The notes below the pieces were generated by a model. That model saw nothing but the letters and a program-made list of their open reading frames with translations. It searched no databases and had not been told where the DNA came from. A stretch of DNA of 64,000 nt from Bugula neritina (lineage: Eukaryota; Animalia; Bryozoa). The translations under genes were made by a program, and so were the position numbers. This document shows, piece by piece, positions 25,154 to 37,500 of the stretch; position 1 is the first letter of the stretch, and each line of letters opens with the position of its first letter. The stretch lies in NCBI GenBank assembly GCA_964035545.1, contig OZ037771.1, forward strand, positions 9,417,408 through 9,481,407. The letters run 5' to 3'.

Positions 25154-28100
25154 ATGGTGTGCGGGCTTTCATTTTTGGGTAAGTTCGTTCTTGACTAATT
25201 TTCACAACTTGATAAAGTTTTAAATATATAACTAAATGAATGAGATTCTATATCATAAACTGTCATATAAATAATATTTGTACATCTTTGTAGTTGTTTT
25301 CTGGTTGCACATAGCCCTGTGCTTTGGTGAAACTGATTTTCAAAGATGGGACCGTTGGTGGTTATATGAAGGTTTTACTGGTAAGTTTATCTACAGTAGC
25401 CAATGATTACCAGATCATAGAATTGTGTCTTACATAGAAGCTTTTGCTATTCTTCTTATAACTGGAACTCTATATAATTGGTGACTTTCTTCATATATCC
25501 ACTATCCAATATGTTCTAAACTCTAAAGTATACTGTAGTTATTTTTAGAAACATTTCTACTTGAAATAATGCATTTATACAGCTCATACAAGATATAATA
25601 TTAGCATGTATTTTATAGGGTAATAGTTAATTTGTAGCTTTTAGCTCGCAATAATGGCTAACATTTTTAACAATTATTTAAGTTATGTATAAACTCAGTT
25701 TTTTAACAAATTTAAATAAACCAGCAGTTTTATGTGATGACTTATCACATCAGGATATAGAGTAGAGAATAACTCTGGTACACCTCTTATTTTGTGTATT
25801 ATCAATGTTTCATGGTTTTATCAAATGGCTACCAGACAAATGCATCTAATTTCAGCATAATTAAGTTGAAACTCAAGACTATTTTCAATAAACACAAGTA
25901 GGTAGTTTAATAGCTTGACTTCCTGAAAAGTGTCAAGTAGAAGATAAGTGGCAGCTATAACCAGACTTTATCATAAAAAATAGACACAGGACCACACACT
26001 AGCCCTATCTACATACAAATATATAAATATATATAAATATATATAAATATATATAAATGTATATATATATATATATATCAATCAATCTGTGTACAGCAGC
26101 TGTTTTGGGATTTGTCCCCTCATCAGCACAGAACAGAGTACTTTGGCCCACACCTTCGCAATAGTAGAAACTTATGTTTTTACTAAAGCATATCTAAAAA
26201 GTGTGTAAATCTAAGCCAGAGAGCTCAAGTGACTCTAGGGGTCACCTAAGAGTCACGAGCCTTCCAAAATGTTAACGGCTTGAGTTTGTGACCATGGATA
26301 AAGTGCTCATAATCACTGATTGTCATTGCTGAGCCTATATTGAGAGCATTATATATAATATTAGTTATATTACCGTTACTTTTAAGCCCTAATGTTAATG
26401 AGTATAAAATAACTATGTAAACAAGCACAAAGTGACGAATAATTATATTTTATCAATAAATACTAATTGTTGTTTATGATTAAATAGCAAACATTTTTGA
26501 CTTGCTGTTTTCGAAAGTTAAATGTGCAACTCATTAGCAAAAATGCAACTACTAACTCTCTCAGGCTGTAATAACAGATACAATCAGAATTATGTAAGAA
26601 TATTGTAATGCAAGCTGTTGAGTTCCTACTAGGAAAGGTAGACCAAAACTGCAATTTAAATTTTTATACAAGCTAGTTTCTTCAAATTATTGGAGTTTTT
26701 CACTAATATGAATATTGTTTGGGTTTTTCAACAGCCCAGATATCAGCAGAGCTTTTGATCAACTGTCATGCTTTTTTAGATTCAGCAATGAATACTGTTT
26801 CATTTGTAAGTATATAAAATAACTTGAGCTACATAATATATTATACTGAATAAATACGTACATGTAAACATAAAATTTATCTGAGCAAGAAAAAGTTTTA
26901 ATTAAATTATAGAATATGTAAAAATAATATTTCACCAACTTTTCATAAAATTTTGAAGCAGAGGTAGCCTAATACTTATGTAATATGGTTAGCACAAAAC
27001 TTCAAGTTTGACTTCAAATAAAAAATTAAGTGACCAAAGGTTAAGTAGAAACAGTATAAAATAATGGCAAAACAATTGTTTGAGCAACTCTTTCCACAAC
27101 TAACCAATCTAGTGAATAAAATGAATACATCAAATTCAGCTGCATTAATAGCCCACATTCCATCTTATAATCTGTGAGGAGAGCCATTGACATCAGCCAT
27201 CTGAAGCTACAGCTTAGGGTAAATAAGTTGTCTAATAGTTCAGAGTTCGTGGACCTGAAAGGAGACATCTCTAATTTTACTACACAATAATTTACTCATT
27301 CATTTACAAAAGTCAATTCACAGCACAAGCATCAAATGACTAAAAGTTCATAGATTCAAGTACAAATGACTACAAGTTTTTAGACTCAAGTGCAAAGGGT
27401 TGAAAGTTCATAAAAACAAGTACAAAGGGTTACAAGTTAATAGACTCAAGTACAAAGGGTTACAAGTTCATATAGACTCAAGTCTCAAAATATTGCTTTT
27501 AGGAGCAATAAAGACTTTTTAGCTGTTTCTAGATTTAGGCTGTAACTGACAAAATATTGCAGTATTGTGCGTTGGAATTGGCACAAGTAAACTAGTTTTA
27601 GGCAGTAAGGAATAAGAGTTTTTCACATAAACATATATCAGGCTCTGAATTCATTTCATACAATAGTTAATTGGGAAAATGTTTAACTTTGCTTTGAATC
27701 ACTAAATCAAAACACTCAAATATGGCAGAGATGTGTTATATTTGTTAAAAAAACTTCAAATAGTTTGTGAATTAGATCAGGCAAGCAATATTCTACGCAT
27801 TTTCACACATAATTCTAAGCAGGAAAACAATGTACAAGCCATAATTTTTACAACTAATTTTCTTCCACAGTCCCCTAATGCACTTTTACTCAACCTTGAA
27901 AACTAAATTTTTTTGCCCATTTTAAAATGTACCTTCATGAGTCATTAGGTCCAAACAACATTATATGTATTTCATTGATAACTTTGTGTTGTTTTACATT
28001 AAAGGTCCTTCTGCATGGGGCAACTTTAACCAAAAGTGGAAGCTGTGTACTCATGGTGGAAGACAGTCCCCGATTGACATTCTACCCACTGACTTACTGT

Positions 28101-31100
28101 ATGATTCTAACCTAAAGCATATTTTTCTGAGTAAACACAAGGTGAGTAGATGGATTTGTATATCACTGAGATAATAGGCTACTCACTTTGGGCATTTACC
28201 TCAATACCTAGTTCCATACCTACCCCATAATACACCTTACTTACATAGAACATATAAATTGATAGATTGAAAAAAACAGTGGAAAATAGCAATATCATAA
28301 ACCAGCCTATAAAGAAAATGAGAAGGAATTGCTAATGAAGGCTATATGAACAGCATAAGTTGTGTACTTACACGTCTGATATCAGCTTCTTCATAAAACG
28401 TTATGTTGACCATGTTTTCAATGCATTGTCACACATAAGTAGTTTCCCTATCTAAGAAGTAAATTTTGAGTTTATGTTCATCGTTTTTTTACCATAGAAA
28501 AGATATAGGAAATAAAAACCCTTTCCATCAGGGGTTCTCACTGGGCAGTGAATATAAGCTTAATGCTTAAGATTTTTTTAAAAATATTATGATACGGCTA
28601 ACAAAATTTACTTTAAATAATTTGATAGAGATAAAGAATGTACTTGCTTAACAGCAAATGTGAAACACATGCGAGTTAATGTATAAAAACACTTTTGTTT
28701 AAATCAGGGGTGTCCAGCCTTTTCAGACCAAGGGCCACTGAAAGGGAATATTCTGGTGGCGAGGGCCACATTGTAAGCTTTAGCTTGAGCTAGGGGCCAC
28801 AGCATTAGTAACTTTAAATTACTTTAGTCCAAATTTCTTACTCAATGAAGTCTCAAAAATTTCTGCAGGCTGCATGGTTTGTAGCATGTATATAAATAAG
28901 ACATTTAAATGTGATTTTTCATTCTATCTCATCTATACTGTGAACAGTAATTTTATCTTTTATGCCTTCGAGGGCCACATAAATGTAGGCTGGGGGCCGC
29001 ATCCGGCCCGCGGGCCGCCTGTTGAACAGCCCTGGTTTAAATCATAGTTATAGTTATTAATTTAATACAAATTGTGTTTTACCTTCTGATAATATATCCT
29101 AGTGTCAGTATTGAACTTACAGAAACTCATCTGTTTGAATTAGCTTCAGCAAAGGCTGTGACAAAACTCCTCAGCATTTATAAAGGAATGAGAGATTTAA
29201 CTCACAAAGTATAATAATATTAAAACCTTTATGTTATAATAGATCAATTTTATGTTCAACTTTAGTATTTGACTAGGAACTGTTAATTGAGTTCCATTCT
29301 TTGACAGATGACAAAAATAATACTCAGAACATCATAATGTTTGATAATCGGTTTTTGTCACTTGCAACATTCTGTCTAGATATCATTGTGTCCATTGTAA
29401 AGGTGGCAGGTGTAATAAGGAACACAGGTCATGACCTGACAATATACCTCAACAACTCCGACTCAACACATGATGTCAAACTGACCGACGGGCCACTCAG
29501 TTATCAGTATAAAGTAGCGAAGATAGTCATACACTTTGGCAGCACCAACAAGCAAGGCAGCGAACACAGGATCAGCGGCAAGTCTTTTTCTGCAGAGGTG
29601 GGTTTTGCTACAACCATTCTACATAGTGTTAAAGAAACGTGTAGTAACAGATATGTTACTACACGCTAGTTAGCTTATATGCCAACAGCATGTAATATGT
29701 TATAACCGCTAGGATGTATTAAACTACATCAGACAAGGTTATAGTATGTATTCTCATGACATAGTAGAGGGAACTGGGAGCGATATTTAGTGGATCTGAT
29801 TTAACACCAACTAATACCGATTAGGGCTGCTTTCTGAGGGAGGAAATCCAAAATGGGATTTCCTCCACAAAATAGCACTTAATTGTTTTAATGTTGCTGG
29901 TAAACTTTTTACACAGTTACTGAACCTAGTATAGTTTACTATAAGAATTATACTTGCGTGGGTTTATGGTTCTTATCCCTGTCAGAACCCCTGTTGGAAA
30001 GAGCTTTTTAAAGTAGACTAAGGACTTGTTTTCTAATGAGACAAAAGAACAATTATGGTTGAAGGCCCATCCTAACATTACCAACTGCTAAGTTGGTGGG
30101 ATTCAAACCACTGATCTTGTGTTGACTAAGTTAGTGCTTTAACTACTAGACCAGAATAACCTTATTAGGTACATAACTATATAATATTGCTAATACTGTG
30201 ATATATAATGGTTTTATAATATATTTTATATACATTATAATAGTTATGTAGAGTCAAAAAATATCGGTAGGCCTACCACTTATACTTGTATGTTGAACAA
30301 TTTGTACCAACATGCAGAGTTTGCTAAGCAGCATTATAATATAGAAACTCTAACTTCTGTAACATGACTGCTGTCACATGATTGCTATCATATGTATGTG
30401 TTGTCACATGACTGCTATCACATTACGTGCTATCACATTACGTGCTATCACATGACTGCTGTCACATGACTGCTGTCACATGTATGTGCTGTCTACAAAG
30501 AAGTGTTGTATAATTTAGGTGCAGATAGTGGCCTTTAACAGCCAACTCTACAACAACATATCGATTGCAGAAGAGTCCAACTACGGTCTTGCTGTCATCT
30601 CTCTGTTGGTTAGTGTTAATGGCAGCATCTCTAGTCCGATTGGGCAGCTGTTCAGTTCCTCGGCATCATATGTTCAGTATAGAGGTAAATTACTAATCTC
30701 TAAATAACCTTAATTTAAGCAGTTTGTTAAGTAGATAACCGCTTAATGTCACTTTTCTATTGTACTCAGCTTACATACTCATACGTGACATCAAAATATA
30801 TTTTATATAATCTTTATATACATAGTAAGAGAAAGGTATTCTGTTCATACAGTATGTTATGTTACATATAAGAAATATGGTGTCCGGTAAAATGGCACAG
30901 GTAATAATGGCACATATGGCAAACTGGGTAAAAACGGCACATTTTTTAATATTAGGGTTTGGGGTGGCTGGGTTGGGTGGTTAGGATGGGGGCTTTGGGT
31001 TTGGGAATCGAGGTTTGAGTTTGAGGTTTGAGAAAATTTAACATCAGTGTACCATTTTCAATACTTTTCAATTTGTGCCGTTATTATATATATATACATG

Positions 31101-32932
31101 TATATATATATATATATATATGCATAGTAATCATTATAATACACATTGAGAGATGACCTTGGCTTATAGTCAGTCAGTAGCCTGACTGTTCTCTTACCAT
31201 CAGCTATATTATATACACCTCTGAACTGTAATAATCTTTACTGCCCATGCAGCAGCTAACTATAGGATTTGAAATCTTTTTAGAAGAAAACAACAGAAAA
31301 TTAATTTTAATTCTATTTGTCATGGCAGAATGTATAAAATACAATTCTTCTTATGATTTTCTGTTTGGTAAACTTTCTGTTATACTAGGTCAAGAGAAAG
31401 CGCTAGCTAAGTTTTCAGTTCATGACCTTCTTCCTCTAACACAAAACTATATAACCTACGAAGGATCTTTAACAAAGCCAGGCTGTTATGAGACCGTTTC
31501 TTGGATTATTATGAACAAACCTGTCTATATGACAACTGAACAGGTTGGTATTACTATCCTCTGTCTATAGGACACCTGAACAGGTTGGTATTAGCATCCT
31601 TTGTTTCTATGACACCTGAACAGGTTAATATCAACTACTATTATTCTTGGATAGTAGAGTGCTGAGGTTTCATCTACATTATATGGCATTCATTCCTGTT
31701 TGGAAATAACAATCAGCAAATAGATTAAAATTCAAAGTATACAAATTGTGGTACCCTTAAAAAGTTATAGCCAAGCTTATAGGTTTAAAAATAAAGTTTT
31801 CGTGCACTTCTGTGTTTTACAAAGTTATCTACACATGCATAATGGTGTCCGTCTAATTATCTAGCTAAATTAGTATCGAATCATATAAAATTGAATGGCA
31901 TTATCAGTGTTTGGTAGCATATATATTAATAAATAGTGAATCTTTCTAGGAGCAACCTGGTTTGATATTATGCTTATATCTACAGTTTGGACTGCTAAGA
32001 CAAACAGTGAGTACAGATGAGACTGCTCCAGTAAAGACGGCCCTAGAAAACAACTACAGACCAGTGCAGAACCTAAACAGACGGGCACTCAGAACTAACA
32101 TTAACTTTCCTAAGCAGGTAACACTTTCTGTAAGTTAGACTTTCCTGAGCAGGTAACACTTTCTGTAAGTTAGACTTTCCTGAGCAGGTAACACTTTCTG
32201 CAGGTTGCACTTTATGGCCAGATCACTTTGTTTATAGTAGTAGTTCTGATTTCCTTGGCAATTGTTTTATTGGATGGGAGGAGGAGAGTTGGCTGCACAA
32301 TTTTGGTAATGTAAATATCATTTGCTTATCAAGTTTATAATGTCCTTCAAATGGTCACTATTGCTGGTTAGCCAATCGATTTATTGCTATGGGTTTTTCA
32401 TCAAGACAGTTTGTTGTTGCAGAAAAGCGCAGCCTGCGACATAAAGAGAGAGAAAGCTTATACTGGTATGTGATTAGTCTTCTAATTAACCACTTTCTCA
32501 TCTACATTTACTTGTATAATATATTTGACATACAAATTTAGAATTTTATAATTTAAAATATTCATTTACATAATCTAGTCCTGCACTCTGATAAATTGGT
32601 TCTTGGTAATAAATTTCTAAGAGGTATCACTAATATATTGTTCATCAAATATATGCATTTAAAAAGACATTATATTTCATCTAAAACAGTAGAAGACTCA
32701 GACGAAATGTGAGCAACTTTATATGCACCCAGTTATTTCCCAGTTTGCTGTATACACGATCTATACCCTCAATTGAACAGTTACTGCATTCAAGATAATA
32801 TTATAGGAACCCGAAGTTGAACTAATTTCAGAATTTACAGCAATCAGCAGCTAATTTAAATGGTTATATGTTTTAGATTCTGAGAATATTATTACTTTTA
32901 CAGTGAACCAAAACCTTAGCAAACTCAAGTAG
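25154..32932 (+). CDS. CA10: Carbonic anhydrase-related protein, CA10/CA11-like, secreted and acatalytic (about 322 aa). Exons 25154-25178, 25294-25380, 28005-28141, 29403-29597, 30519-30684, 31389-31543, 31986-32117, 32423-32465, 32904-32932
   Basis: Signal peptide; WWLYEG..GPSAWG..WKLC..GGRQSPIDI, IVIHFGS...GSEH, AEVQIV, YITYEGSLTKPGCYETVSWIIMNKPVY, NNYRPVQNLNRRALRTNINF; all junctions in phase. Confidence 0.93.
26084..26230 (-). mobile_element. Hammerhead-bearing repeat, copy 2
   Basis: Minus strand 26132-26086: TCTGTG-CTGATGA-GGGG-ACAAA-TCCC-AAAA-CAG-CTG-CTG-TA-CACAGA; abuts (TA)n. Confidence 0.65.
28705..29034. mobile_element. Non-autonomous hAT-type MITE
   Basis: CAGGGGTGTCCA...TGAACAGCCCTG termini with a perfect 8-bp TSD GTTTAAAT. 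Confidence 0.88.
29960..30155 (-). mobile_element. Diverged antisense copy of the tRNA-derived SINE
   Basis: Reverse-complement similarity to 14920-15136 (ctaaggactt, cctaacattaccaa, taactactagacca). Confidence 0.65.
30879..31085. mobile_element. Small non-autonomous element with inverted subterminal GGTAAAATGGCAC repeats and a central TTAGGG/TTTGGG-like tract
   Basis: ggtaaaatggcac / ggtaataatggcac / ggtaaaaacggcac on the left, gtgtaccatttt / tgtgccgttatt on the right. Confidence 0.5.
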
Positions 32933-33420
32933 AAGCGGGTTACATTGGCCCAGGGCTATGGACATCAAAGTGGAATATTATCAACTCTGGCAACATGCCT
33001 ACAGATATTTTAATACCTATTACAACATACATACATTGTATATTTGTGCTTACTGCTAACTGATCAAATCAAAAAGTAATTGGACTATTGCATTATTAGA
33101 ACTACCCATCAATAGCCGTGTAATATAATAACTTTATTTATGACTATTTATTTAAATATCATTTAACAATAAAATTTATAATGTATATACGCAAGCTATA
33201 GAAACATATTTTTATAGCTTCAAAAATGATCAACTAAAAACATTGCATAGGTAGGGTATGCCAATAATAACTGGCATTCAAAGAGTGTATAAAAGTAGGG
33301 AGGAGATATTAAACTAATTGTAATTACTGTTCCTAGTTTAGCATAAAAAATATCGTTGAGGAGACTTTAATTGACAAAGCTTGTAAGAGTCAATAAGAAG
33401 GCTAGATATAAACACGTGGG

Positions 33421-33434
33421 GCGCCCCCTGGTAG
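33421..33434 (-). promoter_or_regulatory. CTCF-like motif
   Basis: CTACCAGGGGGCGC, 13 of 14 identical to CCACCAGGGGGCGC; isolated GC-rich word in AT-rich DNA. Confidence 0.5.
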
Positions 33435-34113
33435 TACAGACTCTCCAGCCTAGCAGAGTATGATGCCGAACCACTCGGCTGCATGACACAGGTTCAATGA
33501 CATCTAATTATGACAAGTGTCTTCTTAAATGCAATATAAATGTCACACCAAAGAATCCCATTGGTATTGATGGAAGTGTGCTCCTTGAAGGTCCAATGAA
33601 AGCCTAGAAAACACAGAGCAGAGAGAGGATAACTAGAGCTTCTATTGACTCCACTAACTGAATTGAGTAGCTACTCATTAACTCGCTTAGCCAAGTTTAA
33701 TTGTTGTGGCTAAATATCAAGTTACTAGCACTAAGCATACCGATGGGCGAGCTATCCCAACTCAACACAAATCAGTGTAGCATCAGCATGATTTGACAAT
33801 CTGCACACTGGCAGGTAAATTTAGTCTATCAACTAAAGCTAGTGACTGACTCATCACTAAACATATACATAGTATACATTCATTTTACTAAATACATTTT
33901 TATTACATTTTAGCAAGGAATGCAAACTGTTATTGAAAACTTACAAGTTTCCAAAAGACTATAGCAGTAAGTTATCGGCGGAATAAATGTTGAGTAGATA
34001 GTGAGTTCACACTGAGTCCACGCCACCAACAGATTACATCTAGAATATCCCAATACAAATCAAGTAGAATAAGTTATCAACTAAATATATAGGTACACAC
34101 AGTGGAATGTTTT

Positions 34114-34202
34114 CTATCAGTAATAGTGCAGCTTTCATCACTGGTAGCTCAAGCACACGACACACATAGTATCTGGCACTGAATGAGTTAGGTCACCACA
34201 AC
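34114..34202 (-). ncRNA. Candidate intronic box C/D snoRNA or scaRNA
   Basis: GTGGTGA (34199-34193), GU-rich hairpin, GTGATGA (34141-34135), guide AAGCTGCACTATTA, CTGA (34120-34117). Confidence 0.4.
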
Positions 34203-34454
34203 CTTATTACATACACCTGGTAGGACAAGGTAGAGATTGAAGAGGGAGTCAGAACTATCAACCACACAGTAGAAAGAGAAGAACAGGAAAGATTCCGGGA
34301 CATTTTATCGACTGTTGCAGCTCAGAATAATGTGGAAATTAGCAAACTATTGAGATGACAGAATGGAGAGAGTCTGGTAAGATGGTACAGGGCACCAAAG
34401 CACAGAGCCAACCAGTGATCTTCACCACCAGCCCCTGTAGGGCAACTACTTCGA

Positions 34455-34523
34455 GACTCAGACAGCACTAGAAACTTTGTGCAGTGAGCAAGCACCTATG
34501 CTGCACTTCAATATCATCATGTA
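34455..34523 (-). ncRNA. Candidate intronic box C/D snoRNA
   Basis: ATGATGA (34520-34514), internal GTGCAG/CTGCAC stem, CTGA (34461-34458), short AC/GT terminal stem. Confidence 0.35.
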
Positions 34524-37500
34524 CACATAAAACAGTGTCTATTACAATTAGTATCGGGTGCTGTTTTACCTTAATAGCTTTCACTGAACATACTGGCCCG
34601 ACTTTGCTGGGAGTCATCGCTCTTCAAGCCAGTTGTAAACTCAGCTGAGCAGCCAAAACCACACCCTGAAGCTTAAATAAAAGTCAAAGCAGCAATGATA
34701 TAAAACATAGTATATCTAGTAAGCAGGAGATGAAAATTAGGCTAAATATAGTAAATGGCTTTTCTTGTTACAAATTTAGTTTGATACTTGTAAATCTGAG
34801 AAGCTAACCCTAAAGAACTGACTAGCTGCTAACTTAAACTTAGACCATGCAATGGCATACATAGTACAAGAACGATGGTGTATTTTGGTCTTGAAAGCAT
34901 ATGTAAGATTTTATAAGAGAGAAGAGCTCTAAGTCAAAAGCATAAATAAGACACACGTGTTAATTTGTATGAATTAATTTTAATTAAGAGTCCTGAGTCA
35001 TATCTAAATATCATTTTTTGTCGAGTTTCTATTTCTATTAGCCATCTAGCTTTTGCGTTCTTTGTCTGATTTTAAGGAGCATAGCAATTTAACTCTGTAC
35101 ATATAACATATTCTGTAGAAATTTTACACAAGTTTTAGCAAGCTTACTGGAGTATTGAAATGTTTAATACATTTTTTTACAAAATTCTTACAATAAATAC
35201 GTTTCTATACAAAGAATAATGTATAAGCATGATTTTATTACCATTAGGCAGAGCACTAACTTATAAAGTTAGAATTAGTTTAGTGCAAACTGATACTTAA
35301 ATTTTAGTAGCAGTATGAAGTAGCATTTCGCTACCAGGATGGGATTACACATCACTTATAGTTATGGTAACAGTTGATTGGGATCGTTACCACACTATGA
35401 GTATGAGTGATACTCATACAGCCATGGTCTTAAATATATTAGGACTAAAACCATGACTACCAAACTGATTGTGAATATCAGTAATTGAGTAAGACTAATA
35501 GCTTATTTAGACACGACAAATTTTCATTCGTTGGGTCCGACGAATGCCCAACGAACAAACATTGCACCTCTTTGTCGCGTCAACTGCAGTAGTTGCGTAT
35601 AGTTGCTTAGCAATGGTGCTTTTACTAGTAAAGATGTTACTAGTTAAATTTAATTATAGTTGTACGATAACAAAGTAAAAACTTTGTGTTAAATAATTGT
35701 AATCAAACATGACAAATTTAAATTTTATTAGCTAAACAAAAGCTGAAATTTTAGTAAATTTATGTTTAACAGCAGTTGGACTGTGAAAAGTAAATAAAAA
35801 CGAGTTCGTGTTTTTATATCAAACTCAAACTGATTATTGATTCTTTTACTACTTATTACTTATATTTTTATTGTTGCTGAAGAAAAAATTAAAATGCCCT
35901 GTTTTACTGTATATTCTCCATAAAAGAACTATTGCTAAGACGGTTTTAGCTGGAATAATCATAAAATAAAATAAAAGCTGGTAGTGTCTACTCTAGGTGA
36001 AATGATTCAGTTGCATCAATTTCAATTTAACCACATCTTAACTTTTTCAAACCACTGCTACCCATTGTGCACATAGAATCAGTTGTTTACGTGCATCTTT
36101 GTAGTCAGGATCAGAAAGATCATACTGATACAGTGCAGCTAGTCAAGCTCTGACAATTTCTATAAAAAAACCGTATGTCTGTCATGAAAACTGCTTGAAA
36201 TAAAATTAAAATGCTGCTGACTAGCAAAATAATATGCTTCCTACAAATTATTTTTTTTAATTAATTATTTATTTTCATTACTAATACTAAATATTGATAT
36301 TTTAATCTAGGTACAAGCAATGCCGCTTGAGCAACTTGTTGTCATGTGAATTATGCATTAAAACGCACGGTCATTGTCATATGAGCTTTAAGTATATATG
36401 TGTGACTGTGATGAAGTTTCATCATATACCAGTTTACTGAACAATTGGGAAAAAATATAGCAAATCAACCAAGTTTGAAAAAAACCCTTAATTATTCGGC
36501 TGTATTTGTTATCATTCTATTAGCTTAGTGCAAAAAATCATACACATTAGCAGCTAAATCGTGAAAAATGGTAGACACTAGAGATATAGTGTGTACTGAA
36601 TTAAATAAAATGGCCCATAACTAAATATAAGTGTCATTTCCCATTGAATACAATTACAGGATTTAATTTAAAAATGATAAGATGTCAGTACAGCCCTGGG
36701 ACTTGGATTTAAAATGCGTTTGCTTGTGGCTTACAATTGTAGTGCTACTAGTAGTTAGGGTGTTCATACTAATAAATACTATATCAATATGTTTGATTGG
36801 GTAGTATAAACATCTGGAAAATCTAAGCAACAAAAAGGAAGTTGTACTTGATATTATTAGTCATTAGTGCCGGGGTTGTTGATAATTAGTGTAAGTATAG
36901 CTTCCAACTTGTCGAGCTACTATTATAGTTATTTACACACATACATAGTAATAAAAGCAACTAATCTCCTGTTTCATCTAACTAATATTAAATGGAGAAG
37001 TAATTAATAATAATAGAACTTTTACTAGTAGGCGTACTAATTGTGGGCATTCCGGCCTCAGTGTTTTGTTTACGATTACATATAATTGATCTAGTGGGCC
37101 ACTAGTACCCACTGCTAGCTGTTGAGCTGCTCACCCAACGAAAAAAAGGGAATTGTTCCTGCCATTTGTTACTCCATTTACTCCTAAATAGTTGGTAGGT
37201 ATCAAGGTAGGTTGTCAGTATCAAAGAAACTGTTAGTATCCAACTAGGAGGAAATTGATAAGTTTAATTTTGATAAGTGAGCTGTGCATCCCTTCTTTGC
37301 TTTGGTTTATGGTGATAGCTTCCTTCTCTCTGTTTCCTTAGTCTCGTCATCCTGACACTCTTCAACACTAATTTGTTCTTGGTTGTAATTGCTGCATGCA
37401 GAATTTGTATCGGCGCCATTATGGCGTGCATGCTCATCATTGTGAACTTCAATATCTGGCAGTCCTCTTTACTAGACAGTTTGTCTGAGTATGATTTGCT

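Larger units (their letters stand above)
33400..34665 (-). ncRNA. Putative spliced non-coding (snoRNA-host-like) transcript; exons about 34665-34570, 34434-34217, 34080-33945, 33800-33741, 33603-3' end
   Basis: Series of acceptor/donor pairs around relatively GC-rich blocks with no long joined ORF; C/D-box pairs in two introns. Confidence 0.4.

Noticed and set aside
35601-35615. RFX X-box-like GTTGCTTAGCAAT
   Set aside because: Imperfect match with no gene start I can assign to it
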